DNA of 64,000 nt from the human T2T-CHM13v2.0 reference genome, Homo sapiens (GCF_009914755.1 NC_060936.1), one strand, 5' to 3'; counted from the stretch's first letter, positions 16,360-33,767 are shown. Translations and numbers: made by a program. Notes: generated by a model from the sequence alone, not told the origin.

Positions 16360-18617
16360 CAGAATGGCTTTTAAATACATGTAAACTTCCACTTATGGGG
16401 TTCCGGCTTCTTAGCCTGTTGGAGAACAGTTAGGTAATATGGAACATTTTAATGAAGCTGCAACATAAAATGTCGATTTTTTCATTAGCTTATTTGAAAA
16501 TGGGAGAGAAGTTCCAGTTTCAGAATTTTTAAAAGTTGTAATGTTTGGAAATTAGGATCAGAGCACTAGCAGTTTATATTCTGGGCAATTACAACAGAGC
16601 TGGGGCTGAAGCAGTCCTATCTGCTTATCCCTGCTTCATTTTTCTGTTTCTTTAACAAATACATTATTTTGCATTAAAAGATTTTTCTGGTTTTGGCAGC
16701 AGCAGGGAGAACAATATTGACTAGTAGTGATGTCAAGAACAGCAACACGTTATTTTTCTGTCACATTTGTGGTAAATATGAGTTACATAATTAGTTTTTG
16801 TAATTAAGTAGTTAAATAACAATATTTACTTCCTTAGATTAATTGAATCTTTTTTATAATTCTTGTCATTGTTTATTTCTCTCTCCTAGAGAGTTTGGCC
16901 AATCAAAAATAAATCCTTTAGTAAATCCAGAACATGATTTTGTTAATATCTGAGCCTTTGTAGGGAATAGATGGGATGCATATCAGTTCCACCTGTTCTC
17001 AAATGTAAATGTACTCAAACCATAATCCAGACATTTTTCTTTTGACTAACTTGACAGTCAGGTCTACTTAATTTAGTAATTCAGTTATATACATATTCCA
17101 TATAACATTGTTTAAAATGTATTAATGTTGAAATATTTTTTCTTTCCATTCTTATTTCATGAAACACTTATTCAAAATCTTCACAGGCATATTTAAATTT
17201 CTGTTCTTTTTATGCCCCACATATTATTATTGTTTTATACAGTCATCAGTGTTCATGTAAATTTTCCCATGTAAGTACAACTTCCCAATATTTTATTATG
17301 GAATTTTTCAAACATACATCAGTCAAAAGAATTTTTATAGTGACCATCCATATACTCCCCATTTAGACTCAACTATTAACATTTTACTAAACTTGCTTTA
17401 TCATGTATTTATTCATGCAATTAATCCATCTATGTTTTTGAATACATTTCAAAGTAAATTGTGGACAACAGTATCCTTCCCGTTAACTACTCAAGCATAT
17501 GTATTATTAGCTAGAGTGCAATTTTTTAATAGTTTTTTTTAATGGGAAAATTACATACATGAAATGTAAAAAAAGTGTTTCTTTGCTGAGTTTGATTTAG
17601 TAATGTTCCCTTCTGTAGAGTTGCCCTAAGAGGTGTTTTACTTTCTTTGCTGACAGAATTGCAAGGACTTAACTTTCTTTTTGTTGTCACTGTTTTCAGA
17701 AGAAATGTGATCAATTCTTGGCTACATTCTCGAATAAGATGCCTTAGCTCTCTGGGTCGATACCAGTTTTTATGTTTTTGACACACTGTCACCAAAAGAC
17801 GTTGGAATGACTCAGAAACACCAATATTTCATTCAAGAATCAGTGAGTGAAATAAATCAACAAGTGCTAAAATAAGAATGTATGTCATAGACTATAGGGA
17901 TCAGAGTTAGGAAATTACAAGCTTATGAAAGCAAAAGCCTACCAGCCTGTGTAATAGAATATTTTAGTTAGGTGTGGTTTGTATGGTACTTTTCTGTAAA
18001 AAGCATGTGATGCCAGAAGTAAAATAAAATTGAGATAGCAGGGTATAATATATATATTATGGATGTGGTGCTTACTGTGTGCCAGGTGCTGTTCTAGGTG
18101 CTGGGAATAGAGCAGTAAATAAGACCAATAAAGGTTTTGTAGGCTTACATTTGCATTGTAAGTTGATTGTGATAGGACATAATGGCATTGATTATTTACA
18201 TATACCATCGTATTTACTTCTTTGGTAGGTTAGTGTGTTTTCGTTGTTATTTGATGTTTTATAAGGGGAAATATCAAGCATATAATAACACACATTAATG
18301 TGATCAACTCCCAAAGGAGAAATCGACTATCAGCTTCATTGCCAATCTTGTTTTGTCTATGCTTCTACCACTTTCTTCCCTCCTAGATTATTTTGAAGTA
18401 AAACCATGATATCACACTTAAAATGTCAATAAGTATTTCAATATGTGTTGCTAGAAGATAAAAATGTTTGGGGGGGATGGGCTTAATACTTTTACTTTTA
18501 TATTAATACTTTCATTTTAAATTAAATGATTTTATGTGAAAATGAGTAAATTTTAATGACATATTGGAAAAGAAATATTTTTAAAGAAACATGGTAATTC
18601 ATACAATTTTTACCTAG

Positions 18618-18948
<331 letters not shown>

Positions 18949-19859
18949 CAGTGTGAAAAATTTGATACAGATTTTTATATTGAATCAAATAACCATCAAC
19001 TTGGTGCTTTTACTTACTAAAATGAAAGCATTTCCTGTAACCGATAGGTATATTGGAATGTATGGCAAATTAAGAAGTAGCTGATTATTTTCTAACAAAA
19101 CCATTTCACCAGTTGGAAAACTAGGTATTTTATTCTGACCAGATTCTCATTAACGTAAGCAAACCAAAGAATTCTTATTACACACACTTAGAGGGTCTTG
19201 TAGTAGTAATCTTAGGGGTGAGACCTCATCCCTAAGATGATGACAGATTTGAAAGTTTAAATTTCATTGAAGTATAACTTTCCAAAAGTATTTAAGTTTA
19301 TGTGCAAGTTTTTTTTTTAATACCCTGCCAGAGTAGGTAAATTATCATTAGATAGACCTTTCATTTTAAATGAGCTACATATACTTTTTATTTTTGGTCT
19401 GACTGATCATACCATTAATACTAACACCATTAATACTAACTTTGGAGTAGCAAATCCAATAAATTCTATGCATATTTTTTGGAAATTCTAGTAACATCCA
19501 CAGAAAATTCTGATCTTTTTAATAAGGATACTTATATAATCATTAATATGTAGATATATATTAATATTTATATTAGTATGTAGATATTTTTAATAAATAG
19601 AAGCAGTGAAAATTGATATCATTGATTGAGTAAATTGAGATTTTATATTTAAATTCAAGATTTGAAATATCTGCATTTGAAATAATAGAAATGTTTCAAC
19701 TCCAATGAGTTTATTTTTTGATTACTTGAAAATGACCCTGTTAACCTTTTAAGATAGTCTTTACAAGTCATAATTTTTTTTTCTGGTTTGTATATTATGG
19801 TGCCATTGTTTTTCAAGGTATTTTCCTCTTTTTTCTTTCCATTTTTTATTTTTGTTTAC

Positions 19860-21215
19860 TTATTTTTAACATTAAATTTTATTGTGTATATTTGAGATTC
19901 ACAACATGATGTTATGGGATACATATAGATGCAGGTACACATGGATGCATATTCATAGTACAGTGGTTACTGTAGTGAAGGAGACAAACATATTCATCAT
20001 CCCACATAGTTACCTTTTTGTGTGATAAGAACACCTAAAATTTGTATATTTCACAAAAATTTCTAATGCAATACAATTTTATTAATTTTGGTCCTCATAT
20101 TGTACATTAGATCTCTAGACTTATTCATCTTACTTACCTATTTTGTATTCCTTGACTTACCATTCCCCATTTCTTCCCCTACCCGTGGTAACCAGTTTCA
20201 TCCTCTATCTCTGTGTATTTGAGCTCTTTTTTGTTTTTTTTAAATTCCACATATAAATGATTATCATGCAATATTTTTTTGTGTGTGTATCTAGCTTATT
20301 TCACTTAGCATAATGTCCTTCGGGTATATCCATGTGTTGTAAATAGCAGTATCTCCCTCTTTTTATAAGGATGAATAATATTCCACTAATATATTTATAT
20401 ACCAGATTTTCTTGATCCATTTGTTCATCCATAGGAACTTAAGTTGTTTCTAAATTTGGCAATTGTGAATAATGCTGCAGTGAACATGGAAGTGTGAATA
20501 TCTTGAACAGGTGGTGATTTCATCGCCTTTGGGTATACAGTATACCCAGAAGAGGGATTACTAGGTCATGTGGTAGTTTTATTTTTACTTTCTCTAGGAA
20601 TTTCCATACTGTTTTCCATAATGGCTGTACCAGTCTACATTCCCACCAACAATGTATTAGGGTTCTCTTTCTCTCATACCCTCACCAACATTTGTAATCT
20701 CTTGTCTTTCTGACCATAGCCATCCTTAAGGGTGTGAGGGGATATCTCATAGTGGTTTTAATTTGCATTTTCCCTGTGGTTAGTGATGTCAAGCACCTTT
20801 TCATATAACTGTTGACCTTTTTTTAAAAAAATTATTATTACTTGGAGATGGCATCTCACTCTGTTTTCCCAGGCTGGAGTGCAGTCACCAGTCAGCTCAC
20901 TGCAGCCTTGAACTCCTAGGCTCAAGGGATCCTCTCACCTTAGCCTCCCAAGTATCTGCGATTACAGGTGTGAGCAGCTGCACCCAGCTGGCCTTTTTGT
21001 TTGTTTGTTTCTTTTCAACTAGCATCCTGGTGTAGTCAACATAGAGGTGGCATGAACCAGGCCAGAATGCCAATCAGCTATTGGCTACTGTTCTCCCAGA
21101 AGTGTAATGCTTGCCTAGGTACAAGGCAACCTAGAAAGCTGCCTACAGCTGGGGAGCTGGCCATTTTTATGTCTTCTTTGGAGAAATGCCTGTTTATGGT
21201 CTTTGTCCATTTTTA
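19860..21215 (-). mobile_element. L1MA/MB 3' region with a nested Alu monomer (about 20817-20989) and snoRNA retrocopy
   Basis: Typical antisense L1 3'UTR/ORF2-end motifs (cttatttcacttagcataatgtcc; cattcccaccaacaatgt; tcttctttggagaaatg). Confidence 0.9.
21016..21156 (-). pseudogene. Retroposed H/ACA snoRNA copy, U19/SNORA74 family (SNORA74D-like)
   Basis: Minus strand reads hairpin 1 (CCAGCTGTAGGCAGCTTTCTAGGT...ACCTAGGCAAGCATTACACTTCTGG), H box AGAACA (21089-21094), hairpin 2 (GGCATTCTGG/CCAGGATGCT), then an A-rich tail. Flanks ctggcc(t/a)tttt resemble a TSD. No ACA box at the 3' end. Family assignment is from recall. Confidence 0.7.
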
Positions 21216-21330
21216 AATTGACTTTTTGCCAATATCTTTCTAAAATGGAGGTTCCGAACATTTCAGTAGTACCTTAAGTCTGTGTACCTATGTTAGCATA
21301 CAGAAAGGAAAATTACATGTTTACAGCTTA

Positions 21331-21819
<489 letters not shown>

Positions 21820-22040
21820 TTAAAAATACAGTCCTCTTTGCTACAGGCTCCTGCAGTCATCTTTGTTTCCTTAAATCTTTTCATATAGCTAGGGAGTTTT
21901 CTTTAAGATCAGGTATCTACAGAGCAGAGATAGTATAATGTACATATATTTGAACACTTTCTCGAAATACCAACTTGGTCTTTATAGCCAGGTATAAGAG
22001 CTGTCATTGAATTTTTGTTTTCTTTTGCTGATTAAACAGC

Positions 22041-22362
<322 letters not shown>

Positions 22363-23144
22363 TAAACAACTTAAAGAATGATTGTTTTCATTTACCTCAG
22401 TTGGTAAAGCAATTTTTCTAAATAAGTAACTAAGTGTGATTTGAATTTTACTTCTGCCAAAGTTTTACCAAATACATTTTACAATCCCCAGATAACTTTC
22501 TAATAACTGGGGCAGTTGAACAAAGGAACAGAGTGCTTTGTAAAATAATAAGCTCTCTATTCATAGAAGTGTTTAGGCATGCATAGTCACCCCACCATCC
22601 CTCCAAATAATCGTATACAAACAAACAAGGATATTGTGTAATGGATTGTTATGGTTTATTGGAATTTGGAGAAGTCAGTTATTCTGATTTTATGAGTGAC
22701 AAATTTTCAATTAGAAATGATGTAAATTGTAATTTTACTAATTTTGGCTTAATGTCAGTTTTTTTTTTGGGCAGCTTAGTACTTAAATTTAATTGAAATC
22801 TCTGTGAAAGGTAGTTTGTAGAAGAATGAGTCAATATATTCATTTGTGTATCATATTTTATGTAAATGTAGAATATATCTTATAATTTAATATCTAACAT
22901 ACTAAAGGAGGTAACCACCTTACATCCCCATGGGAAAAATTAGTTAGATCTTTTAAGCTCTCAAATAAATACAAACTACTGATTTTATTTTTTCCTGACC
23001 CATTGACAAATTTCCTAGCTATTGAGAGATTTGAATAGTATATAGTCATTTAATAACAATTGAATTGTTGTAGTCATTAGGGCTAAGAAGTAATTTAAGG
23101 AAACAGTTTGAGATACTTAGTATTTTTTTCCGTAGATTTGCACA

Positions 23145-23290
23145 GTAGTAATGAATATAGCAAACATTTTTTGAGCACTTAGTGTGTGCCTGAACACGGT
23201 ACTAAACACTTTGCATTCCATTTCTCATTTAGTCCTCACAGTGCCATGAGGTAGGTGTTAGTATTAATTTCATTTTACAGGCTCAGGGAT
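23145..23290 (-). mobile_element. MIR
   Basis: gagcacttagtgtgtgcc...ctcatttagtcctcaca...gaggtagg...cattttacag. Confidence 0.8.
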
Positions 23291-23350
23291 GATAGATAAA
23301 CAGCTCTGAAGGTTGGGCTTTATATTTTGTAAGTTTTGTTTTGTTTTTTT

Positions 23351-24992
<1,642 letters not shown>

Positions 24993-25825
24993 TTAATTCA
25001 TATTGATCTTATGTTATATCAGGCTTTACAGTTTTTTTTTAACATATATCTCATTTGATATTGATTGATGTGTCATGAATGCCCAAGACCAGATTATGTA
25101 CAGATATATGTTCTGTAGCTCTCTACTTCTTTCTGTGGATAATCGTTTTTGTTATTTTATAGCAGCTACTAACCTAAGACATATGTTCTCCCTGCGTCCA
25201 ATTCCCCAAGTCTCACAAAAAACCTACTCATTTTTTAAAACATTAACAAGGTATTCCAGTACTTTGAAAATTAGTTCAAATTTTATATCAGCTTTTATTT
25301 TGCTTCTAGACCTGTAAAGCCAATCTCCTCCCTCCATTACTGCTGGAAAAATAGCAAAATGTTTCCTTTTGATCATTCTGGCTCAATATCATCATTAGCT
25401 GTTGCTTGTGGGTAAATAGCTTATATTTCTTCTAAATAGTATAGTAGAACAAATATGAGAGCTGTCTTACATAATTTTATTTCTAAAATTGTTAGGCAAT
25501 TAGGGATAGAGCTACTGTAACATTCTGTCTTAAGTTTATTTTTTTACTAAAATGATAATATTGTATTTTTTCTTTTACTTATGATTGGTTTTCGCATTGC
25601 TGCATGTCATTTTGAACACCTGGCTTTCTTCGTTGAACAACTTGATTTCCTTTAATCCATGTGAAGACCTTAGTATTAGTTATATTTATGTTATTTCATT
25701 AACGCTTTTGTTTATACATTTAGCTCATTCGATTAAGGGTAAGAACTCCTGTGCTTTTTAAAAACCTTTCCAAAACCAAATAGAGAAATTAGTCATTTGT
25801 ATATATTTCTTTTTGTCTGTTTTAG

Positions 25826-25990
25826 GATGGCTACAATAGACTAGTTAATATTGTGCCAAAGAAACCACCACTGCTAGACAGACCTGGTGAAGGAAGCTAC
25901 AATAGATATTACAGTCATGTTGATTACCGAGACTATGACGAGGGCCGCAGTTTTTCTCATGATCGAAGAAGTGGTCCACCTCACAGAGGA
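25826..25990 (+). CDS. PPHLN1: Periphilin-1 exon 3 (165 nt, phase 0-0): DGYNRLVNIVPKKPPLLDRPGEGSYNRYYSHVDYRDYDEGRSFSHDRRSGPPHRG
   Basis: Acceptor ttttgtctgttttag|, donor GGA|GTATGT. In frame with exon 2. Confidence 0.96.
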
Positions 25991-26315
25991 GTATGTAAAT
26001 TTCCCCCATGTACTAATTGTTATTTCTTATAAGTTTAAAATTAATGTAATTTAAAAATTTATGTGACGGCCGTGAAAGCAGTTGAATAAACACTTTCTGC
26101 TTGATGCTCTCATGTGAATTGCCTGCTGGAGCTGTCAGATGGGACCTAATAGTCAAGAATCTTGGGGTACTGGACAAAGTAGGTAAGCACTCTGGGTGGC
26201 ACTATCTAAATGAAATTAATTCCAACCAGCCTGCTTTTTTTATTCCCCTAAATTGGCAGGGATTTGCAAAACCATTTAAAGGTAATCTGTTGTCTTAGTA
26301 CTTAATAAGTGATGA

Positions 26316-26673
<358 letters not shown>

Positions 26674-26747
26674 TAAAGTCTATTTATTAACTGAGATTAG
26701 AAAGCACTCAAAACATCGTCATAGGAAGCAATTTAAAAATGTTAGCT

Positions 26748-27050
<303 letters not shown>

Positions 27051-28158
27051 CTATTATTACTATTACAACTCGCTTCTCTTGAGCATTCTTAATAATGTAG
27101 AAGTATGTATTTAATGATGCAGTAATCTGTAGTTGAACTTAATACTATTCTGTGATGGAATTCCTCTGTCCTACCTTGCATGTTTTCAGTATTCCTTAGC
27201 TAGGTTGTTTTCCCACCTTTTCTCTTTTTCCCCCTTTCCTACTGTATAATATGACAATTAACAGTACATATTCAAACCCTGTTTATAAAATAATTTGACC
27301 TCACATTGGCTGTTGGAATTAGTTTTCATACTTTACGCTTGAAGAAATGGAGGTAAGGTGATTTACTCAGGATCGGTATGTATGGGAGTCTGGTTTCTCT
27401 TACTACTGCATCATAGTGACCCCTAACAATTCCAAAGTTGTAATGAGACTATTCAGTGTTTTCTCGTGTTTGTTTCTAAAGTTTGGGGTTTTATAGCTTT
27501 CTTAGTTTTCACAGAATTGATTTTTATTTTATTCAGCTTTTGAATGTCATGCTGCTTTTTGTGGTCCTCATATTTATTACATTTTTATTTTATTTCAGTA
27601 GCTTTTGGGGTTCAAGTAGCTTTTGGTTACATGGATGAGTTGAATAGTGGTGAAAGTTTGAGATTTTAGTGCACCGTCTCAGTTGTTACCACTTTTATGA
27701 AAATCCTATGTGAGTTTTCTATTCATTGGACCAGTTTGTATTTGAAACCTCATGAAAATGATTTTTTTTCTAAAAACTTGTAGCATAATAAAGCTTCAAT
27801 GGCAGTTTTTTCTAATATTGTTACCAATTGTGTTTGTCTTTATACTTTTGTGTGTATAACATTTTTTCTTTAAATTCTCTTCAAACAAACAACAAGCATA
27901 CTTGTGATCCTTAAGAGTCTCATGACACTAATTCTTATATAGAGTTCAGTTATGTAATGCAGATTACTTGATTTAATATTTTATTAGCACTGTTAAGTTT
28001 TGAATTGTGTTTATATTTAATATTGAGATGGAAAATGATTATATTTTATTTATATAAGAATAGAGTGTGTGATGCTAAAGAGGAAGATGAGGATATTTAT
28101 TTTAGACGAATCCGTTTTCCTGATACGTAATTTGCATATTGTATTATTCTATGTATAA

Positions 28159-28450
28159 TTTTATTTATTTATTTTTTGAGACAGAGTCTCATTCTGTTGC
28201 CCAGGCTGGAGTGCAGTGGCAAGAACTTGGCTCAGTACAACCTCCGGCTCTTGGGTTCAAGTAATTCTCCTGCCTCAGCCTCCCGAGTAACTGGGACTAT
28301 AGGTGCACGCCACCGTGCCCGGCTAATTTTTGTAGAGATGGGGTTTCACCATGTTGGCCAGGCTGGTCTCGAAATCCTGAACTCAAGTGATACACCCTCC
28401 TTGGCATCCTAAAGTGCTGGAATTACAGGCGTGAGCCACTGCGCCTGGCC
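28159..28450 (-). mobile_element. AluS
   Basis: Full antisense Alu. TSD approximately attct(a/g)tgt(a/g)taatttt. Confidence 0.95.
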
Positions 28451-29101
28451 AATTCTGTGTGTAATTTTAAAGTAATTTGGTGTGGATTGCTATATGGTTC
28501 TTTTTTATGTACCTTTGCAAATATGTCTTAGAGAACAAAATGTGCTTTGTTTGATTAATTTTAAATTTATTTAAACTTAAATAAATTTAAATCTTATTCT
28601 GATATAGATTATCAATAAGTGACAGTTTCTTATATTGTTTCCAGTTTGGTTTTTAATTGAAAATAAGGTGAGAAAATAAAACTTGAGCAGGAAAAATGGG
28701 AAAGTAGCAAGTTTTTCATTGGGCTTGAAACTGAAAATTGGTGAGAGAACTTGACAGAAGGAAAAATGTGAGGTTGAGAAATGTGTGCTTTATTAAATTT
28801 AGACTTTGTTCTCAAATAGCCCTTTACTGTTGTGATATTGATATATGTATCTTTGGCAATTAGCTTGTTTGAGTCTACCAAAGAAATAATTTAAGCATTT
28901 TAATAGAGATAAATGGTACCACAGGTTCTCAGTCAGTCTACTCTTTCAGTTGTTGAAATGGATGACTTGCTGAATGTTTTTCCCTTTTTATGCCTTTGAA
29001 GTTTAGGGAAATTCGGTCTAGTTTCTGGTAGTATTGTTAGATATGTCCCACTTGTCCAAAATAATGTAAACAAATAGCTAAGTAGCTTTTTTATGTTACA
29101 G

Positions 29102-29163
29102 GATGAATCTGGTTATAGATGGACAAGAGACGATCATTCTGCAAGCAGGCAACCTGAATACAG
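29102..29163 (+). CDS. PPHLN1: Periphilin-1 exon 4 (62 nt): DESGYRWTRDDHSASRQPEY + AG
   Basis: Acceptor ttatgttacag|, donor CAG|GTAAAA. Frame continues. Confidence 0.96.
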
Positions 29164-29385
29164 GTAAAAGGATAAAAATAATAGCATAAGTACTTTGATA
29201 CTTGACTCACTGTGATGTCTGCTTTGGAAATATAGACTCAAGGCACATAGATGAAATATTTTACTGGGATTTTAAATTTTGAAAGCAACAAGCATTATAT
29301 TCTTTTTGTGACTATGTAGTATAATAGCACTGATAACTAGTGTTCCACATCTCTTGGCATTTTGTAACTCATAAAAAAATATTTA

Positions 29386-29721
<336 letters not shown>

Positions 29722-30090
29722 TTAGTTTTGCAATCTAATTATTAAATTATTAATGTGTGGTATGGATTATGAGGTTTGCTTAATTAGTATTTGATTTGAT
29801 AGGTTTGCTTAATTAGAAAGTAAGGCTTTTTTTCAGAAGTATTCTGGGTTCTTACAAAGTCTATTATAAGGCATCTCAGTTTCTTTAATTAGTGAAGTCC
29901 TTTTGGGAAACACATTTTGCAAGGGCCTCAATCGTTGGCTTTGATTACTTACAGAGGGCATCTAATAGAATAGTTGTGGGAAAGAAATGATGGACACATT
30001 TAAATTGATTGATAGTTTTTGTTTTTAAATGACATCACAGTGGTGGTATCGAAAGTTGTAAAAGGAGCCTTGTAGAGATTTCTTATGAAC

Positions 30091-30568
30091 TATCAGGGAA
30101 AATAACCCCAGTCTCATAGAGAGTGGCAAGGCATCAACTGTCACAACTCCAAAGATGCCAAAAGTAGACAAGATTCAGTGGATCAGAGCAAGACAGATTT
30201 TTATTCACAGCACAGCAATCAGCAGGAGGATCAGCATTGTAGTGTAGGTTCCCTGTCCCCAAATCCCACAGGGCGATGTGATAGGCACAGATGGTGACTG
30301 TGCACACAGTGGGATACACTGTGGCTGTGGAACCCAGGGTCAAGAGCTTGGTACCTTTTGTAGAAAGCAGAAAGCAAGCTAGTCCTCCTTTCCCTGGGAG
30401 TGACCTGCCATAGTAGTCACATTGTGGTCACCTTAACCTATTTAATTGTCTCTGTAACCAGCTACAGAAACTGTTCAGTGTCAGTGGATAGTTAGGTCTT
30501 GGAATTTGGCATACATGGCAATTATGTGCAGGGACATTCAGAACCCATGGCAGACTGTTTCTTCCAAA
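30091..30568 (-). mobile_element. ERVL solo LTR (LTR53/LTR47-like)
   Basis: Its end (acccatggcagactgtttcttccaa) is the reverse complement of the start of the LTR at 36715. ttttatt poly(A)-signal region present. Confidence 0.6.
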
Positions 30569-30569
30569 A

Positions 30570-31580
30570 GAAGCAATAGAATAGATGCCGAAAAAAATGC
30601 TTTGATAAAATTAATCACCAAGTAGTTATAAAAATAGCCAGCTGGGAATGGAAAGAGAATTTCCTTGACCGGGTAATTGGGCATTTGCTGTACTGAATGG
30701 TAAAATTAGAAACATTTGCTTTAAAATCAGAACAAAACAATGACATCTAGTCACTGCTTCCACTCAACATGGTAACAATGCCTACAGTAAAGCGAAAAAT
30801 AAATAAGTTGTAGGAATTAGAATGAAAAACGCAACTACTTAAAGATAATATAATTATGCAGAAAATCTAGGAAAGTCTATAGACTGTAAGAACTATTATG
30901 AAATTAGCAAGGTCCAATGTAATAAGATCAACTATCAGCATAAATTAGAAAATTTGTTTTCAAAATACTATAGCATGAAAACTGTAATGAGTGATAGGAA
31001 TAAACTCACCAAAAGAGTATGAGGCCTATACAAGGAAATTACAAATCATTTCTAAAGGAAATAAAAGTGAATCAGAGTAAAAGGAGAATCATGACATCCT
31101 TAGCGAGGAAGACTCAGTATCATATAAGTGTCAGTTCTCCTCAAATTAAGGTGGTAATTCAATTTGGTTCCAGTCAAAGATCAAAATTTTTTTTATTTTT
31201 TATTTTGCACGGAAGTTGACAAGTTAATTTTAAGACTAATATGAAAGAGTAAAGGGCTAAATGGCAAAAATGCCTTGAAAAAGATGTGAAGACTCAAGAT
31301 ACCATATGTGCATAATTATAAAGCTGTAGTGATGTAAACAGTGTTGTACTGTTGATGTCAAATAGACCAGTGAAACAGAATCTGCAAATAAACCTAGATA
31401 TATCTGGAGTTTGGGGTACAGTAGCAGTGGCATTACAAATCCAATGGAGAAAGAATGAACTTTTCAATAAATAGTGTGCTGGGACAAACATTTCAAAAAC
31501 ATGACATTGGAAGCTGATATATCCAAATAATATCTGACATAATTAAGACCTATGTGAAAGGCAGAATTGTAAAACACTTT
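30570..31580 (+). mobile_element. Degraded L1M ORF2 fragment
   Basis: ctttaaaatcagaacaaaacaa; tacaaatccaatggagaaagaatgaacttttcaataaatagtg. Confidence 0.75.
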
Positions 31581-31649
31581 TAAAAACTAGATCAGCTAGT
31601 GGCTTATCTTTCTCCTCCAAAGAAATACCTCCCAAGAAATTTATTTTAG

Positions 31650-32110
31650 CTTAATTGTTTTTATTTATTTATATTATTTTTTATTTGTATAAATTTGATG
31701 GATACGAGTGTAGTTTTGTTACATGAATATATTGTGTAGTGGTGAAGTCTGGGTTTTTAGTGTATCCACCACTTGAATAATGTATATTGTACCCATTAAG
31801 TAATTTCTCATCCCTCACTCACCTCCCACCCTTCCAAATCTCTGTCTCTCATTCCACTATGTCCATATGTACACATTATTTAGCTTCCACTTATTAGTGA
31901 GAAGTGAGAACATTCAGTCTCTGACTTTATGTTTCTGAGTTGTTTCACTTAAGATAATGGCCTGCAGTTCCATGCATGTTGCTGCAGAAGACATGATTTC
32001 ATTCTTTTTTTATGGCTGAATCGTATGCCATTGTATATATGTACTACATTTTCTTTATCCAGTCATCCATTGACGGACATTTAGGTTGATTCTATATCTT
32101 TCCCATTGTG
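31650..32110 (-). mobile_element. L1MA/PB 3' end
   Basis: gtttcacttaagataatggcc...catgatttcattctttttttatggctgaat. Confidence 0.85.
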
Positions 32111-32335
32111 ATTTTTCAGTTTGTAAAATAACAGTTTTTATGTTAATTTTAATTTTCTCTTCCTGTCTCTTTTTTATAACATTTTGTGTATGTATATAAC
32201 ATTTTACATAAATGAAATAAAAACATATATATAAATCTCTAATCCCCACAGCCATGATAACATCTTGGTATAAGTTCTTCTATATTTTTCTCTATATTCA
32301 TAAACATTTAGGGTTTTTGATTGTTTAATTGAGTC

Positions 32336-32647
32336 TTTTTTTGTTGTTTGTTTTGAGACAAAGTTCTGTCACCCAGGCTTGAATGCAATGGTGTGATCAT
32401 GGCTCCCTGTAGCCTTGATCTGTCAGGCTTAAGCATTCCTCCTGCCTCAGCCTGCTGAGTAGCTGGGACCACAGGTGTGTGCCACCACACCCATCTATTT
32501 TATTTTATTTTATTTTTTAACTATTTTGTAGAGATGAGGTCTCACTTTATTGCCTAGGATGGTCTTGAACTCCTGGGCTCAAGCGATCCTCCTGCCTTGG
32601 TCTCCCAGAGTGCTGGGATTATAGGCATGAGCCATTGTTCCCGGCCA
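32336..32647 (-). mobile_element. AluJ
   Basis: Full antisense Alu. Confidence 0.95.
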
Positions 32648-33767
32648 AATTGAATCTTTTTAATGGTCAAGTAATAGTCCATGGTGAGGATATGTCAAAT
32701 AATTTAGCTGGTCACTCTGTTTACAGTACAAAACAGTGCTGCAGTAAATTCTAGTACATAATATTTTCATGAAATAGTACTTTAGTTTTTACGAGATAGG
32801 TTACTAGAAGCAGAATTTCTGGGTCAGTGGGTATATATATGTATTTTAAATATTAATAGATGTCAGTTTGCCTGCTAAAAATGGTTTAACATGTGTGTTT
32901 AATTTTTTTTAATAAAAATCTTAACATTTTAATTTAGATAATTATTTTTCTTTCTTATTTACTAATATAAGTAGTTTGAAATTTCCTTTAAGTAGTGCCA
33001 TGACAGTATCCCATGATTCTGATATATAGTAATTTACACAGATTCTGACATACTGTATTCTAATTATTCTGTGATCACAATGTTGCCTGTACTGTAATTT
33101 TACTTTCAAAATCCATTGATTATTAATGGTTCATTAGTTGATCAGCTTCCATAACTGTACCATGGGCATTAAAACAAGGTATATTCTCTGTTTTCAGAGT
33201 ATGGAGTTCATTCTGTATGGTATATTCATTCATTTATTAAATATTTCTTGTGGTATCTAATATGTCAAATGCTCTTCTAGTCTCTGGGAATATAAAGCCT
33301 CTGTCTTCATGTAGCCTACATTTTAATATGAATTATACATATTTAACAAATAACAAAACATAATTTTTACAAAGAAAAAGCAGGGAATAGAGAGTATTTG
33401 TACTGTCCACACCTGCTTGTGTCTTCACTTGACGTCTGAGTTATCTTCAATAATGTCTCAGGTTTTATGCTATCACAGTAGCTATAGCTTTTACTGCCTG
33501 GCATCTATCTGGCTTCTGTAAGCTGTTCTCTGTATCAGGTGGGCTCATTGACGATTTCCTACTTGAAAGACTTTGTGAACAGAAAATAGCTGTTGTTGTA
33601 GAAAAAGATTTAATGCATTGTGAACCGTGCAAAGAGAATTGTTACATCTATTGGTAATGTTCTGAGCAGTTAGGAAAGCCATGTCAGTATTTTTGTTTTT
33701 GTCAGTGGGGTGTACAAAGTGATTCTTTGTGCTGTAGGAAGAAAATATTAAAAGATTTGAAAAATTG

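Noticed and set aside
19412-19440. 15-bp tandem duplication (accattaatactaac)
   Set aside because: Ordinary slippage duplication.
25991-25998. GTATGT donors (also at 49014) as U12-type introns, given the neighbouring ZCRB1
   Set aside because: The U12 consensus is RTATCCTT; these are U2-type donors.
28060-28132. Purine-rich exon-like patch (VCDAKEEDEDIYFRRIRFPDT) with a GTAATT donor
   Set aside because: No polypyrimidine tract, and no phase-0 acceptor gives this frame.
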